A DNA stretch of 64,000 nt, taken from the NCBI GenBank assembly GCA_028534125.1, contig CM052817.1:50532001-50596000 (forward strand), written 5' to 3'. The notes below the pieces were generated by a model that was given only the letters and a program-made list of their open reading frames with translations, did no database searches and had not been told where the DNA came from. This DNA is from Lama glama. Lineage: Eukaryota. The position numbers and the translations under genes are program-made. Below are positions 12,063 to 24,828 of this stretch, piece after piece. Numbering within the stretch: the stretch's first letter is position 1; the number at the start of each line of letters is the position of its first letter.

Positions 12063-13134
12063 ACTACAATCTTTTTTCTTAATAAAATTTAAAGAATGAG
12101 AATTGTGAAGTAGAGAAGACGACAGGAGGTAAAGTTAACAGAAGGTTTCAAAATACAGATCTGAAAAACAAACTTGTAACTTTTTTTTTTAAGGAAGAAG
12201 GAACTGAACATGAATAAAATACCTTGATGGTGCCACATCAGAGTGTATGACTGTGTCCTGGTATGTGCTAGTGCAAAGCTTTCATGAATTGAGAAACTGC
12301 CTGCCATGTGCAAGCAAGTCTATTAATAAATCATAACAAAGCTTTTATTTTCAACTTCCAAGATAAACAACTCAGTGAATACTGAAACCAAGAGTCAACT
12401 ATTACTGTTCTCTCCTGATTCCTTGCTCTTATTCTAAGTGATTCATTATCCGTGTTAAAACCCTACCACCTGACATCCTTAAGCAACCGCAACATGTGGG
12501 TCTTCACCTCTTCTCCATATCAGGCACCTGCAACAACGGCCACCTCAAGTGGATCTCAGTGTCACTTGGGATCACTGCTTATCTTATAGTTTATGTCTTT
12601 TCTCTTTAATCACAAACTTGTATTCCTCTGTCTCTTCCACTACCTATTTCTGTTCAAAGTGCTCCTTCCATCATAATCTACTTTGTGTTGCTGTTATATT
12701 GTTTTTAGTTAATTTTCTTCTTTCTGATCTTTTCTGATTCTTTTATCTTCCTGTTCCCCAAACATCTGGACTTCTTAACTTTCTGATATACCTTATTTGC
12801 TCCAAATTTGAGAACACTGTTTGCTTTATCAAGTCCAATACTTGGTAGATGGTGATAAATGTAGACCAACCCAGTGTTTATCTCTGGGTGGACTCTCATT
12901 GCTGCTCAACATTTCATTTGATAATATCTTATTGCCACTCTATTTGACATTTACTTTTCTAAGAACTTTTTATAACATAATTTCTCAGCTAATTTTGGTT
13001 TCTCACAGAGATTAGAGCTTAACCCTAGAATCAATTCTCCTTAAATTAGGTAGGATCCAAGAGACAGCTTAGCTCTAGGGAGCTGGGACTGAATGGTGCA
13101 TTTTACTCCTTTTATTTCCTCAGATTTTTCTTTA

Positions 13135-13208
13135 TTTTTTTAAACTTTTCTTTTTATTGAAGTATAGTCATTTTACAATGTTGTGTCAATTTCTGGTGTA
13201 TAACATAA
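13135..13208 (-). mobile_element. Highly 5'-truncated young L1 (74 bp)
   Basis: T-rich tail plus tattgaagtatagtcattttacaatgttgtgtcaatttctggtgta. 17-bp TSD cctcaga(tt/ca)tttcttta at 13118-13134 and 13209-13225. Confidence 0.85.
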
Positions 13209-13259
13209 CCTCAGACATTTCTTTATGCTCTTTGCATTTTTAAATAACCTTTTCCTCCT

Positions 13260-15235
13260 TCATGAAAAGCACATCTTCTTCCCCCTCACCCCCTAATGCA
13301 AGTGTTATGCAAAGTTCTTTTTCTCCTCTCATTATGAAGTTGTCACATTTTCATCCACTAACACCATCTCAAGTTTCTTCTCTATGAGAATAACTCCAAC
13401 TATGTGTCCTTATAGTTAACCACCTTCCGAAAATCTAGATTTATACTTTATATTGCTACTATGATATCTCTACAAGGACACACTAGATATGTAAAAAATA
13501 AGGCTCACCTTTTTTTAATTAACCACGCACTCATCCTGAATTCATCCCGATGTCTACCTGCTCCTTGTTCTTTTTTTATTGAGGTGTAGTTTATGTACAA
13601 TATTGTTTAAGTTACAGGTGTACAACAGTGATTAACAATTTTAAAGGTTATACTCCATTTATAGTTATTATAAAATATTGACTATATACTTACAATGTAT
13701 CTTCATAGTTTACTTATTTTCTACATAACAGTTTGTATCTATATCCCCTACCCCTGTCTTGCTTCTCTCCCTTCCATCTCCTCACTAGTAACCACTAGTT
13801 TGTTCTCTATATCTATGAGTCTGTTTCCTTTTTGTTATATTCAGTAGTTTGATTTATTTCTTATATTCTACACATAAGTGATATCATTCAGTACTTGGCT
13901 TTCTCTGATTTATTTCACTTAGCTTAATACTCTCCAAGTCCATCCATGTTGCTACAAATGGCAAAATTTTATTCTTTTTTATGGCTTAGTTGTATTCCAT
14001 TGTATATATATATACCATATCTTCATTATACATTCATCTGTCAATAGACACAGGCTCTTTCCATATCTTGGCAATTGTAAATAATGCTGCTGTGAACATT
14101 GCAGTGTATGTATCTTTTTGAATTAGTGTTTTTATTGTTTTTGTGACTATAAACCAAGGAATGGAATTGTTGAGTCACACAGTAGTTCTATTTTTAGTTT
14201 TTGAGAACCCCCCATACTGTTTTCCACAGTGGCTGCACCAATTTATAGTCACACCAACAGTGTAGGATGGTTCCCGTTTTTCTACATCCTCACCAACGTT
14301 TATTTGTAGTCTTTTTTATGATAGCCATTCTGACAGATGTGAGGTGGTATATCATTGTGGTTTCAATTTGAATTTCTCTGATGATTAATGATGTTGCCTG
14401 CTCGTTGTTATTAATAGCACCATTATCTAAAGAAACCAAGAGCTGTCCTATCAAAATTGCTGTTAACTTTTCCCTCTGTGTCTAATAACCTCCCTTATAA
14501 TATCTAACAAATAAAAAGTCCTGTTGATTATTCCTTTTGTAAGATGCTTTCATAGGTGCACTTTTTTCACCACTCAAACACACGCTCATAACTACCATTC
14601 TAATCTTTCATTTCTTCTGATGTCTCTATGACTCATCCCTGACCACTTCCCACCTGGATTGTTGGCAACAGTAATCTCATTTTCCAACTGACCTGTTAAG
14701 TGCCAGAATGAACAAATATGCATACTTCTGTGAAAAAGACATAGTTCTGATAATCTCACTCTCATAAATAAAACTTTCTTCTTTTTACTAATATTTTTTT
14801 ACCAACTCTGTCTTTCACTGTTCTGTTTTACTCACTTGTGCTTTCTTGTGGATTCCTCATTTCTCCTCATTCTGCATTTTCTGACATCGTTGTCTCCCTA
14901 TCTTTTCCTATAAAAGTCCTCACTGTTATTCAAAGGCATCCCAAAACTTTTTTGATTGTGCATTTCTTTAACACATGAAAAATTGAAATCAAATTCCCTA
15001 TACCAATCAAAATGATTCTTCACTTCCTTTGAATTTCTTTGCCACTTAGCATCACTCATCTAGAAATTATCGTATTCTATATTACTGTGGATATTCATGC
15101 AGATTTTTCTCATTCCTATATATAATAGAAATATTATACATAGAAAAAGATAATTTCTAATTGATTTTCATGTTTTGCCTATCATCCAAGAAAGCATCTT
15201 TCATACTTGGAACAAATTAACTAATGTTTCCTAGT
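13260..15235 (+). mobile_element. L2 LINE remnant, interrupted by an L1 at 13570-14396
   Basis: Pyrimidine-rich L2-like blocks (ctatgagaataactccaac...aaatctagatttatac; aagtcctgttgattattcc) and an L2-like 3' end near 15170-15235. It may extend further left. Confidence 0.5.
13570..14396 (-). mobile_element. 5'-truncated L1 (cetartiodactyl-type 3' UTR plus ORF2 end)
   Basis: Runs from tttttattgaggtgtagtttatgtacaatattg to gatagccattctgacagatgtgaggtgg. 13-bp TSD cctgctc(c/g)ttgtt at 13557-13569 and 14397-14409. Confidence 0.92.
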
Positions 15236-15852
15236 GATACTGACAAGTTTCACATAAGCACACAAATTCCATAAAACAAAATATTTAGGCAATTTAATTA
15301 AAATGGACAATTTAGATAAGTAGTCATATATGCCAGTATTTTAGAATCATATCAAAAAGCAACCAGTTAATTGATGGAATGGTTTCACTCTTAACATTGA
15401 TTTGACACTTTAAAGAGATAGAAAAGGTAAGGAAAATAAAGACTCTATTCTGTTAAATTTGGATTATTTTGCTGCTATGGTGCTATACATGTAAGGGTGA
15501 CTTCAAGAAAACAGGCCACTTTTATTGTATTACGTGTAATGCTGTTTGAAAATAAACCAAAGTCCACATTTTTAAGTATCTTGGAAGCATGATTCTAATT
15601 TTGTTGCCAACATTCTGCTACCCCATTTGTCATTAGCATCTACCATTGTCTGTCATTCTAATAGATATGAAACATGTCAGAAGCAGCTCTAATGGCAGCA
15701 ATGAAATTGTCTAATTAGAAATGATTTTTGTTAAAGTGCATTTATTTGTCTGAGTCAGTGGTGGCATTTTATGTTGTGGGAATTTGAGGGGTGCATTTTT
15801 TTTTTCATTTTTACAATCAAAATGTCATTTTATTTAAACTTTTTCTCTATGA

Positions 15853-16025
15853 ATTACCAGTTGTGTAACATTGAATCGGGTAGTCATTTTCTTATGAGCC
15901 TTTCTTCATCTGTAAAATGAGGTTCTCAAGTTTAACTGTTTGTAAGGATTAAATAGTTTCACGCATGTGAAGTTTTTCAAATGATTTTTGGCACGTAGCA
16001 AGCATTCATTGAGCAATAATAAAAA
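15853..16025 (+). mobile_element. MIR SINE
   Basis: ttcttcatctgtaaaatgagg...gtaaggattaaatag...tggcacgtagcaagcattca. Confidence 0.8.
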
Positions 16026-16527
16026 TAACTGTATTTCATAATAATTACACTCCTCAGTTTTTGGACTATACTTATTCATATCAGTCATTATTCTCTTCAT
16101 TCTTTGCTCATAATCAGAAATGCACACAAGTTTTCTTATTTTGAGTCATGATATTATCAAAGATAAATTTTGCAATAATTGCTACATTGTGTGGAGTTTC
16201 GCCACTTGAACAGCTAAACTATTATAATATTTTTATAAATAGAAAATAAAATATGTTTAAAAGGTTGTTTTAAAATCAATATTTGTAAGGAAATATGTGA
16301 TTTCATGCTCTTTACTTTTAGTATACTAGTTAGTGACATCTGGACATCACTTTTTATCTACTCTAAAATATTAGAATTCTAATATTAAAGTGTCAGTTAC
16401 ATTTTTAGTAACTTGGAAGTCATTTTAATGTGTTTATATTTTTTGAATTTCACTCTGGAGGAGAAGGAAAAGGCAAACAACCAAATGGAATTAACACAAT
16501 TATTCACTAAATCTTAAAAATCGTTAT

Positions 16528-16680
16528 TTAGAACATTCGATTGGGAGTTAGGAGTCCCACGTCCTAGTTTAGCTCCTGCCTTTAAGTAACTTTGCATTCT
16601 TGGGAAAGTCATTTAATGTCTTTATCCCTTATTTTCTTCATGTGAAAAAGTATAAATAGAATTACATTGTCTTCAGGCAA
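16528..16680 (+). mobile_element. MIR (MIRc/MIR3-like)
   Basis: gattgggagttaggag...ttgggaaagtcatttaatgtct...ttttcttcatgtgaaaa. Confidence 0.65.
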
Positions 16681-18543
16681 CTTTTTAAAAAAGTTAAACT
16701 ACTCATACTATAATCATTTCTCTTTCTAGGAAGGTCCTGTAGGAGAAGATTTTAAGCTAGGTTAAGATCCACTTTGTGAGAATCTTGTCTCATGGCACCT
16801 GGACTGGTAGTAGGACTGTCATGAGGATGCCCTTTGGAGAGGCATGCCCAGCACTGCCAGGTTGGCTTGCTTTGTTCCTGTCCAATGTCTTTCTGAGTCT
16901 ACTGGTGCCAAATGTTGCCTATAGTGGTTATTTGAGTGTGAAAACTTGAGGGCCTACAAAGGCCCCCAGTCGCTGGTTCATAATAGGTTAGAAGTAGGAC
17001 AGAATTTAACACCATTTGTTCGTTTGGAAAAGATGCTGTAAGATTAAAAAGGGTGGGAAAGGAGATATTGGCAGGATGTGATAACTACATGATCCACACG
17101 TGGCTTGATGGAAATGTGGGCTATGGAAAAAGTTGCTGTTCTAACATAGTAGCAAGTTATGTTAGGCAGATTCTTAAACTTACCATTAACAAGGCTTTTC
17201 ATTTGACTTTTAAAGGAAAGGCTAATTTTTTTCCTGAATTTAATCAATTAAGCACTTATATGTTTTGCTTTATATGAAACTACCACATTTTGTAAATGTG
17301 TAAAGTTTTAAATAGACAAGGGGACTTATTAGAAATACCTCTTGTTTTAGAATACTTCCTATTATAATCTGACCATTGGACATACTCCAGAGTTATACTG
17401 ATGCTCTCATAATTCATAGAATATAGTTTGTAATAACAATCATCTTCTCAAATTGGTCATTACCAAAGTTAATGGCCTGTTTATTAGAACATCAACCTTG
17501 GCTTTGCCTCAGTCTCTTAATTAACACATCTGTCATTTACTAGTAGTGGCTAAGAATTTCTGTATAGAGGACAGCTCCAATAATGATGGCACCGTTAAAG
17601 CGACATCTCTATATATTTAGATGGATCATCAAATTTGCATTGGCCTATCACAAACAGGATCCTGTGAGGCTTTAAATAGTTTTGGCAGCCCAAAATGGTG
17701 AAATCTTAACAGCAAATAGAATAGCATTAGCCTCCTTTGTGGAGCATTTGCATTGAAAATTATTTATTATCACTGTTGAGAAGTATAATCCCACAAAACA
17801 ATTTGCTGAACCTTCACGTGCAGAGCATCTTTTTTACCCACACTGGTAAACAAACCTGCACAAAGTACAAGCCCTTCCAGATACACACATTTTCTCCTGC
17901 CATCTTCATTCACTCACTCATTCAACAATTATTGTCGTATTACATCTATGTCGATGCATTTAGCAAGTTAATAACATATTGACATTTCCATCTGGACATC
18001 TGTAATGCGCACAAGCATTGAAATGTTGGCATTTTTTAAAGAAGAAAATATGGTATTTTCATTTTCCTAAAATGGGCTGATAGATACTCACTTTCTTGAA
18101 TCTTCATTTGAAAATCACTGTCAGGTTCTCACACACTGATAAACAGAATGAGACCAAAAAACCCAAAATACAACCTCCTATATTACTAATTTTTGTTTAA
18201 AGTATACTGAAAATTAAATTAATGTTTATTAAAAGTCAGATATCATGGGAAAAATTTAACTTTGATCTGGCATCCATTCTCTCAAATAATCACATAAGAA
18301 ACATCAGTGATTTGTTTTACCATCTTTCTTTTTTTTTTTTAGGAATGCGTGTATTTTTTTATTCTCAAGGATCTATTTTTAATTATCACAGAAAGCCTGT
18401 TTCAATAAACTGGTTTTACAAGGTAAAAGCATTGTGGGTTCATATGTACCTTGTGAATCCATGATTCCTGGGGGTTGTGAAGGGGACTGGCCCATAAAAT
18501 AATACTATATGCTTCAAGGTTAAAAAAAAAAATTGAAATAAGG

Positions 18544-18682
18544 AGCAAGGGTATAGCTCAGTGGTAGAGCACTCAGTGGTAGAGTTGCATAAGATCCTGG
18601 GTTCAATCCCCAGTACCTCCATTAAATAAATAAAACAAACAAACAAACTTAACTATCTCCCCCAAAATAAAAATAAATAAAT
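18544..18682 (+). mobile_element. tRNA-derived SINE (Vic-1-like), full length
   Basis: A-box TAGCTCAGTGG, B-box GGTTCAATCC, then CCAGTACCTCCATT and an A-rich tail with a C-rich spacer. 16-bp TSD aaaaat(t/g)gaaataagg at 18528-18543 and 18683-18698. Confidence 0.92.
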
Positions 18683-18984
18683 AAAAATGGAAATAAGGCA
18701 GCCAAGCCACAGTAACCATTTATTTGTCCCCCTTTTAACTCTGTCTGGCTTGAACTCTGCTTTGGAAAAATATTTTAAAAATTACAAGTTATTCTGTTAA
18801 TACAGATTTCTTTTTTGAAAAAAAAATGTTATATTTAAAGGAATCACAGGATATTTTTATTTATAAATATACATATGTTATGAAATAAACATATTTCATC
18901 TGTTTATAAATATGAAGACAGGTGGTAGGTATAAAATCTGTATTTTAAAACTCCCTAAGTTATAAACTTCTGGTTATAATTCAC

Positions 18985-19412
18985 TGCATTGTAGACCCAT
19001 GCCCAGCCCCACATGATTTGTCCCCTGCTTATTTCTCCAACCTCATCTTCCTCCATCCCCTTTGTCGCATTCATTCTACTTTCTGTCCCTTGAAAATACT
19101 ACGTATATTACCATATCCAAGAGCCCTAGTCTCCTATTGTTTGAAGTGCTCATCTCTACTTCTCTTCATTAAGCTCTTCTCTCAAGTGTCACTTCTTTAG
19201 GGATTTCCTTTTAGGACTAATTACTATATGATATTATCTTATTACTTATTTCCTTTGTGTTTATTTTCTCTTTCATCATACTGGAATATAAATTCTTTCG
19301 AAAAAGGTCTTTGACTCCCAGGTCCTTTACTGCATCCCCGGGGCCTAGAATAAAGCCTGGCACAGAGATTAAAACACACGTAGATCCCAAAATATTTGTT
19401 AGCGATTAACTG
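18985..19412 (+). mobile_element. L2 3' end
   Basis: catgatttgtcccctgcttatttctccaacctcatc...ggcctagaataaagcctggcacag...aaatatttgtt. Confidence 0.8.
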
Positions 19413-19438
19413 GTAAGAGTGTTTACAGGATAAAAGAA

Positions 19439-19572
19439 GTTTTTAAAATGAGGCATAATCATAATTATACATGGTCAGGGCACAAATCTTAATTGTAGGG
19501 TTTGAAAGTTTGACAAATTATAAATATATCATTGCCATGCATCCAATGCCCAAATCAAGGTATAGAACAATA
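19439..19572 (-). mobile_element. Old L1 (L1MD/ME-like) 3' terminal fragment
   Basis: gcacaaatcttaattgtag...tttgacaaat...aatcaaggtatagaaca. Confidence 0.6.
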
Positions 19573-20002
19573 AAAATGACTTTTCAACTTAATTTTTTTA
19601 AAGTTTGGTTTGCTTCCAAAATGAACTCCTTGAGCGTTCTAAGTGGTAAAAGATGTGATCTCATCCAGTTGGTTGCCATGAGGATATGGCGTGGAAATAT
19701 TCCTAGTCTTTGTGATACCCTTTTGCAAATCCAAAGAAACTTAGAATAAAAATTGATGGTAAGTTAAAAAAGAAGAAAAAGAAAGAGGAAACCCCCATAA
19801 GATTAAGTTCATCCTTTCAGCTTATTTACTTTGTTTTGGGGTGTGATTGGATTGAAACTTTGAACTTGTTGAAAGCAGTATGTATCAATGTAGGTTGTTG
19901 GGATAAGTTTCAGGAAGCTCATTAGCTCAAAGTTTTAACTGAAACTTCTAATGATTTTCAAACTGTAAAGAAAAGAATACAGTCTTTCATGTTCTTCAGC
20001 AG

Positions 20003-20112
20003 AGGGTAACCATATATCCTGGTGTGCACACGGGTGTTCCAGTGTAACTGCTAGCGGGACTCCCTTTTATTCTGAAAAGTGTCCTTGGAGGATAAATTAT
20101 ATGGTCATCCAA
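20003..20112. mobile_element. MER94-like non-autonomous hAT DNA transposon
   Basis: Inverted ends agggtaaccatat / atatggtcatcc; internal aaaagtgtcc...ggataaattatatggtca. Confidence 0.7.
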
Positions 20113-21654
20113 CTTTTGTATCCCTTTTTTGAGAGAGATGAGTACTGGTCTTTTGGTACAATGAAGCTCTGGCTCTTTGTCTCTTTTTAGCCTAGCTGAT
20201 AGATTTTGATTTAAAAAGCAGTTGTATTTCAGGAAACAAGAGATAGCACAGCAGACATTGATTGCTGCCTTGACCTCATTATGTTGATAAGGGCATTTGT
20301 GAATATTGTCTAAGTTAAGGTAATAAACACTCCAGGTAGAAGGTTAATGACACATTTAGCATCAGTGGGGTGCCTGACAGTTTTTCACAGAAAAACCAGT
20401 TCAAGCTGGTAAACCTTCTGTCTTGTCCATGTAGAACAAAATGCATCATGTTTCTACAAACTGAATATAATTCAAGGAGAGGCTAATAGCATGCAGAGAA
20501 TTCAGCAATTGGCTGACTACATTGTTTTGGCAAAGAATAACAAACTTAAAATGTTGTCAAATCATTTTTTAACAGCAATTTTCTGTAATCTTTTGGGCCT
20601 CCTGCTAGGACTCTGCTAATCTGGGCCTTACTGCTGGCTGACACTAAAGACAGCATTATGACAGATTTATGAACTGATGAGTCATTTTCCACATTCATTC
20701 AGCTAATGAGCAAAACAACTCATTATTTCTTAATCCTGATTATCACTGCCTTATTTAATACAAGAACCACATACAAATGCTGTTAAAATGCTTTCCTCTG
20801 AATAACTCTCTGCTAAGACTAACAACATCTATATGCTAAAGATGCCTAGTATACTCAAAATTGGAAAGAACTGATTCAGAATTCCTCAATGATGTCTATT
20901 AAATCCTTACTGCCATCATTATAATTTAGCAATTTCAATGGTTTAAATCATATAATTTATCATATGATATGATCAGTATAAGTATATGCTTTTTTATGCA
21001 TGGGCTTTCCATTAATTAGTCAAAAAAACATTGAACACTCATGCAGGAATGAACAGTATGTAGATTACTGGCTGGGACACCACAATGGGTCAGAGAAGTG
21101 TACAGTGAAGCCAAAAAGAGAACGTATCAGTGTAAAGGGTAGCAAAAAGTGAGGCAGCAAAGAACGAATGAATGAAAATGGCAGGGCATTTGGAGGAATT
21201 CAGGGGAGAGAGTGCTCTCAGTGAATTTAGAGGAAGTTTGAGTTGAAGGATGATAACAGCCAGCTGGACTTTAACTTTCAACCATGCTTGAAATCATGAC
21301 AAGGAAGGAAATCATGACAAGTGCAGTGCTTTATTTCATTTTTGACTGTGAGCCTTTTTTTTTTTTTAAACTGGATAAGAGTTTGGTGTAAAATTTTGGG
21401 AGGAAGTCTATCTACCAGATTCTAAGATTAATCTTTGGTGGGGCAATTAAGAGTGCTACTTGAAGAATGAGTGTTATAACTAATTTATTATTCTTATTAA
21501 CTCAGAAAGTGATTAATGCTTACAAAGGGTTTAAGATCTTCCTAAATATGGACATTTTTGTGTTGGTAATAGCAAATTGAATGATTTGTTAATAAACATT
21601 ATTCAGTCTCATTTATGACTTGAATTGCAATTTATCTGTACCAACATCATTTTT

Positions 21655-22129
21655 TAGCAAGTGAATAATGCCCACCTTGCCCCATCCCCCAATATCTACA
21701 TACCAATCCACAGAATCTGAGAATATGTTAATGTATATTACATAGTGGAATTTGCAATGTGATTAAATTGAAGACCTTGAAATGAAGAGAGCATCCTGGA
21801 TTAACAGGTTGGGTCCAGTATAATCCTATGGATCCTTGAAAATAGAGAACCCTTCCCAGTTGTGGTCAGAAAGAGAAGGAGATGTGACTAAAGGAGACTG
21901 AGAGAAATATAATTTCTGGCTTTGAAGATGGGGAAAGAAGGACAGAGCCAAGAAATAGATAGTCTTTAGAATCTGGAAAAGGCAAGGAAATTAATTATCT
22001 CACCTTGGTGTCAGCTCAGTGAGACCCATGTCAGACTTCTGATCACAGAATTGCAAGAGAATACATTTGTACTGTTTTAAGATACTTACATTTGTAGCAA
22101 TTTGTATGACAGTGATAGAAAATAATATG
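21655..22129 (+). mobile_element. MaLR LTR (MLT1D-like)
   Basis: gtgattaaattgaagaccttgaaatg...ggctttgaagatgg...tggaaaaggcaaggaaa...cagtgagacccatgtcagacttctga. Confidence 0.85.
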
Positions 22130-22151
22130 TCATTTTTCTTAATGGAGAACT

Positions 22152-22767
22152 TGTGGTAGGAAAAATTCAAGAATGACCTCCTCCACTAAAGGATTTTCTT
22201 CCCTAATCAGTGGGGCTCTAAATATGATGAATTATCATGCCCTTGAATATGATAAGGGACATAACATAGAGGACTCTGAAGAGGTGATTGAGTTTACTAA
22301 TCAGTTGACCTTAAAAGACAGGAAGATTATCCTGGATTATCTGGGTGAGCCTAATCTAATCATTCTAGGTCTTTAAAAGCAGAGACCTTTTTTTGTTCAG
22401 TGGTAAAAGAGAAATTGCACACATGAGAAGAACTCAACTCCCTGTTGTTGGTTTCAAAATAGAGTGGGCCATGTGAGAAGAAATGTGAGTGGTCTCTAGA
22501 ATCTGAGGGTGGCCCAGCTGACAGCCAGCAAAGAACTGGTGATTTAAGTCCTTGATTTTCAGGGAACTGAATTCTGGCACAACTTTGTGAACTTGAAAGC
22601 AGATTCGTCCCCAAAGCCTCTAGATAAGAGCTCATCCCAGCTGACACCTTGTGATGATATTTTGAGCATAGAACTTGGCTGAGCCTATGCAGACTTCTGA
22701 GCTAATAAATGCATGTTATTTTAAGTTATGAATTTTGTGGTAATTTGTTACACAGCAAATTAATACA
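22152..22767 (+). mobile_element. MaLR LTR (MLT1E-like)
   Basis: Starts TGTGGTAGG and ends gtggtaatttgttacacagcaaattaataCA; internal ctaatcagttgacctta...gattatcctggattatctgggtg. Confidence 0.88.
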
Positions 22768-22837
22768 GAGCCCTAAAGTTTGTTGACTACCCGTTAATAC
22801 CAAACATTGCACAGAGCCATTCTTATATTATTATGAA

Positions 22838-23062
22838 ATGCAGTATAGCAGGGACAGAGTGGGGTTTGTGGGTAAACAAACCCAGATTCAATCCATTTCT
22901 CCAAATGATTAACTTTAATATCTTGGGCAAGTTAGTTAACTTTATAAGTCTCCTTTCTACGTTTTTAATTACATTTGCCTGCTAGGGTAGATGGGAGAAT
23001 AAAATGAGTCTCTGGAATGTATCCATGACAATGACTAATGAGTAGTAGGTGATCAGTAAACA
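22838..23062 (+). mobile_element. MIR SINE
   Basis: cccagattcaatcc...cttgggcaagttagttaac...gagaataaaatgag...tagtaggtgatcagtaaa. Confidence 0.7.
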
Positions 23063-24678
23063 AGCAAAAATGGGAAAGAGTGGATATTCAAGAGGACCTC
23101 CAGCTAATAGCAGTCCTCTTTTATCCCTGTGTTCCTGAGTGGAGAAATAAAGCAAAAAATAAAGATGGAGGCCAATATATGACTTTTTTTAAATTAATGG
23201 AGTTCAGGTTGGAGTATGTGGCTTTAGGTCTGTTAGACAATGGGCTTGCTAATACTGAACCCTAGAATTATGGAGAATTAATCACCTAGTCACAGAGCAG
23301 TCCAGGGAAACTTCATATGCCTAGTAAGGAGAAGAAGCACCAGTTGTGCCCCTTGCAGGCTCTTTGATCTCAAGAGAAAGAAGGGAAAGCTGAGATGAGG
23401 GTGCAGGTTATCCAGAGAGAAGGACAGTGTGGAGAGAGAGCAAAGGTTTCCTTAGAGAAAATCCTTCTTCATTGAAAACGGTTAAGGTGAAGAAATGGAC
23501 ACTAAGATTTTTAGTAACTTTTCCATGTGTACCTAGCAAAGATGTAGTAGAGCCAGGAATTGAATCCATGTCTGTCCAACTAGGGCTTTTGTAATATCTC
23601 TCACAATTACTCTGCTTACAGAAATGCAGATATAAGAAGGTCAGTAATAAGGCAGATTCTGAGTAGAAGATTTATTTAAATTTGATCTCTAAATTTAACT
23701 TTTTCTAACTGTTTATCTGTATCAAATAGTAAAATTGCTGATTAAAAGAAGTTTCTCATAAGTCTTCCATTTAAACAAATTTCTGTTGCAGCAGTGAAGA
23801 CAAACTTCTTTAAAAGAAATAGATGATTCTAAAGTGAACTACAACACCAGAGTATTTCAGAGAAGAAAATAAGTATAATGATAATAAGTATATTTTAATC
23901 AGCAATCAGATATTAATATTGAAAGTTGCTAACTTGTGACCTTAAATTGTCCACAGGTTGAATTATGGCAGTTATTACATGGACTTGGAAATATTTTGTT
24001 TTCAAGAGGTCAGAGTTAATAAATGATATTCAGCTAAAATGTAATAGTGATCTGGGTTGGGCCTTTATATTTCACTCGGGTTTCCCTGCAGTTGATTAAA
24101 CACTACCGCAAGGCATACTAGTCTGTACCAAAGTCACTAAAAAATATCATAAATCAATTAACTCCAGTATTATGGCTAACTTTTATCTGTCAAGTTACAC
24201 AGATTGCCAAAAGTCATACTACATTTTAAAAACAAAATTAGAAAGCTACAAATTTTACAGTTATACACTATTTTCTAATTCTGTTATTTTTCTGTTTGCT
24301 TTGTTTCTTATCATGTAGTAGAGAGTTGAACATACAAAGAATGTCTTAAAGATATTTCAATAGAAAGTAAGAGATGTATATTTCTAGATGACAACTCATG
24401 AGATTGATTTTGTAACAGAAGTGTCTATGACCCTTTGTGATATCTTAGTGAGTATTATTTTCTGCTATTTCTGAGATCATTACCAATCTTCCTATTCTTT
24501 CACTCTGCAATTCTGTAACACATTGAGAATATATTATTAGGTAGTGGTAATGACTCCTAAATAATTTTTTCTTAAAAAACTGCCATATTTCACAGAAAGA
24601 GCAAAGAAATCTAAACTTTTGCATGAGTGCCTCCTGGCCACATGGATCAAAGCCTTCTGAAAGATTTTTTTTTCTCAG

Positions 24679-24828
24679 ATGTGTTGCTCAGAAGCACAGC
24701 ATTTCAGAGATAATCCTTGGAGCAGGAAGATGTCAGCTGATATTATGTAATTCACCCTGGGACCAGAGGCAAAGGCCAGCTTCAAATGCTTGCTTTTCTA
24801 CTCTATTCCCAAGCAAAACATCACGTAG
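24679..24828 (+). other. Candidate 150-nt internal exon (unverified)
   Basis: Acceptor tttttttttctcAG at 24677-24678, donor AG|GTAAGA at 24829, length divisible by 3, one frame open. No recognisable protein similarity. Confidence 0.2.

Noticed and set aside
18544..18622. tRNA-Ala-like gene (also 12000-12062)
   Set aside because: Anticodon arm is disrupted, and A-rich tails and TSDs are present, so these are SINE copies rather than tRNA genes.
21290..21321. 14-bp direct repeat gaaatcatgacaag (also small duplications near 5525-5580, 32247-32293 and 38100-38119)
   Set aside because: Ordinary micro-duplications from slippage; no repeat-spacer periodicity, so not CRISPR-like.
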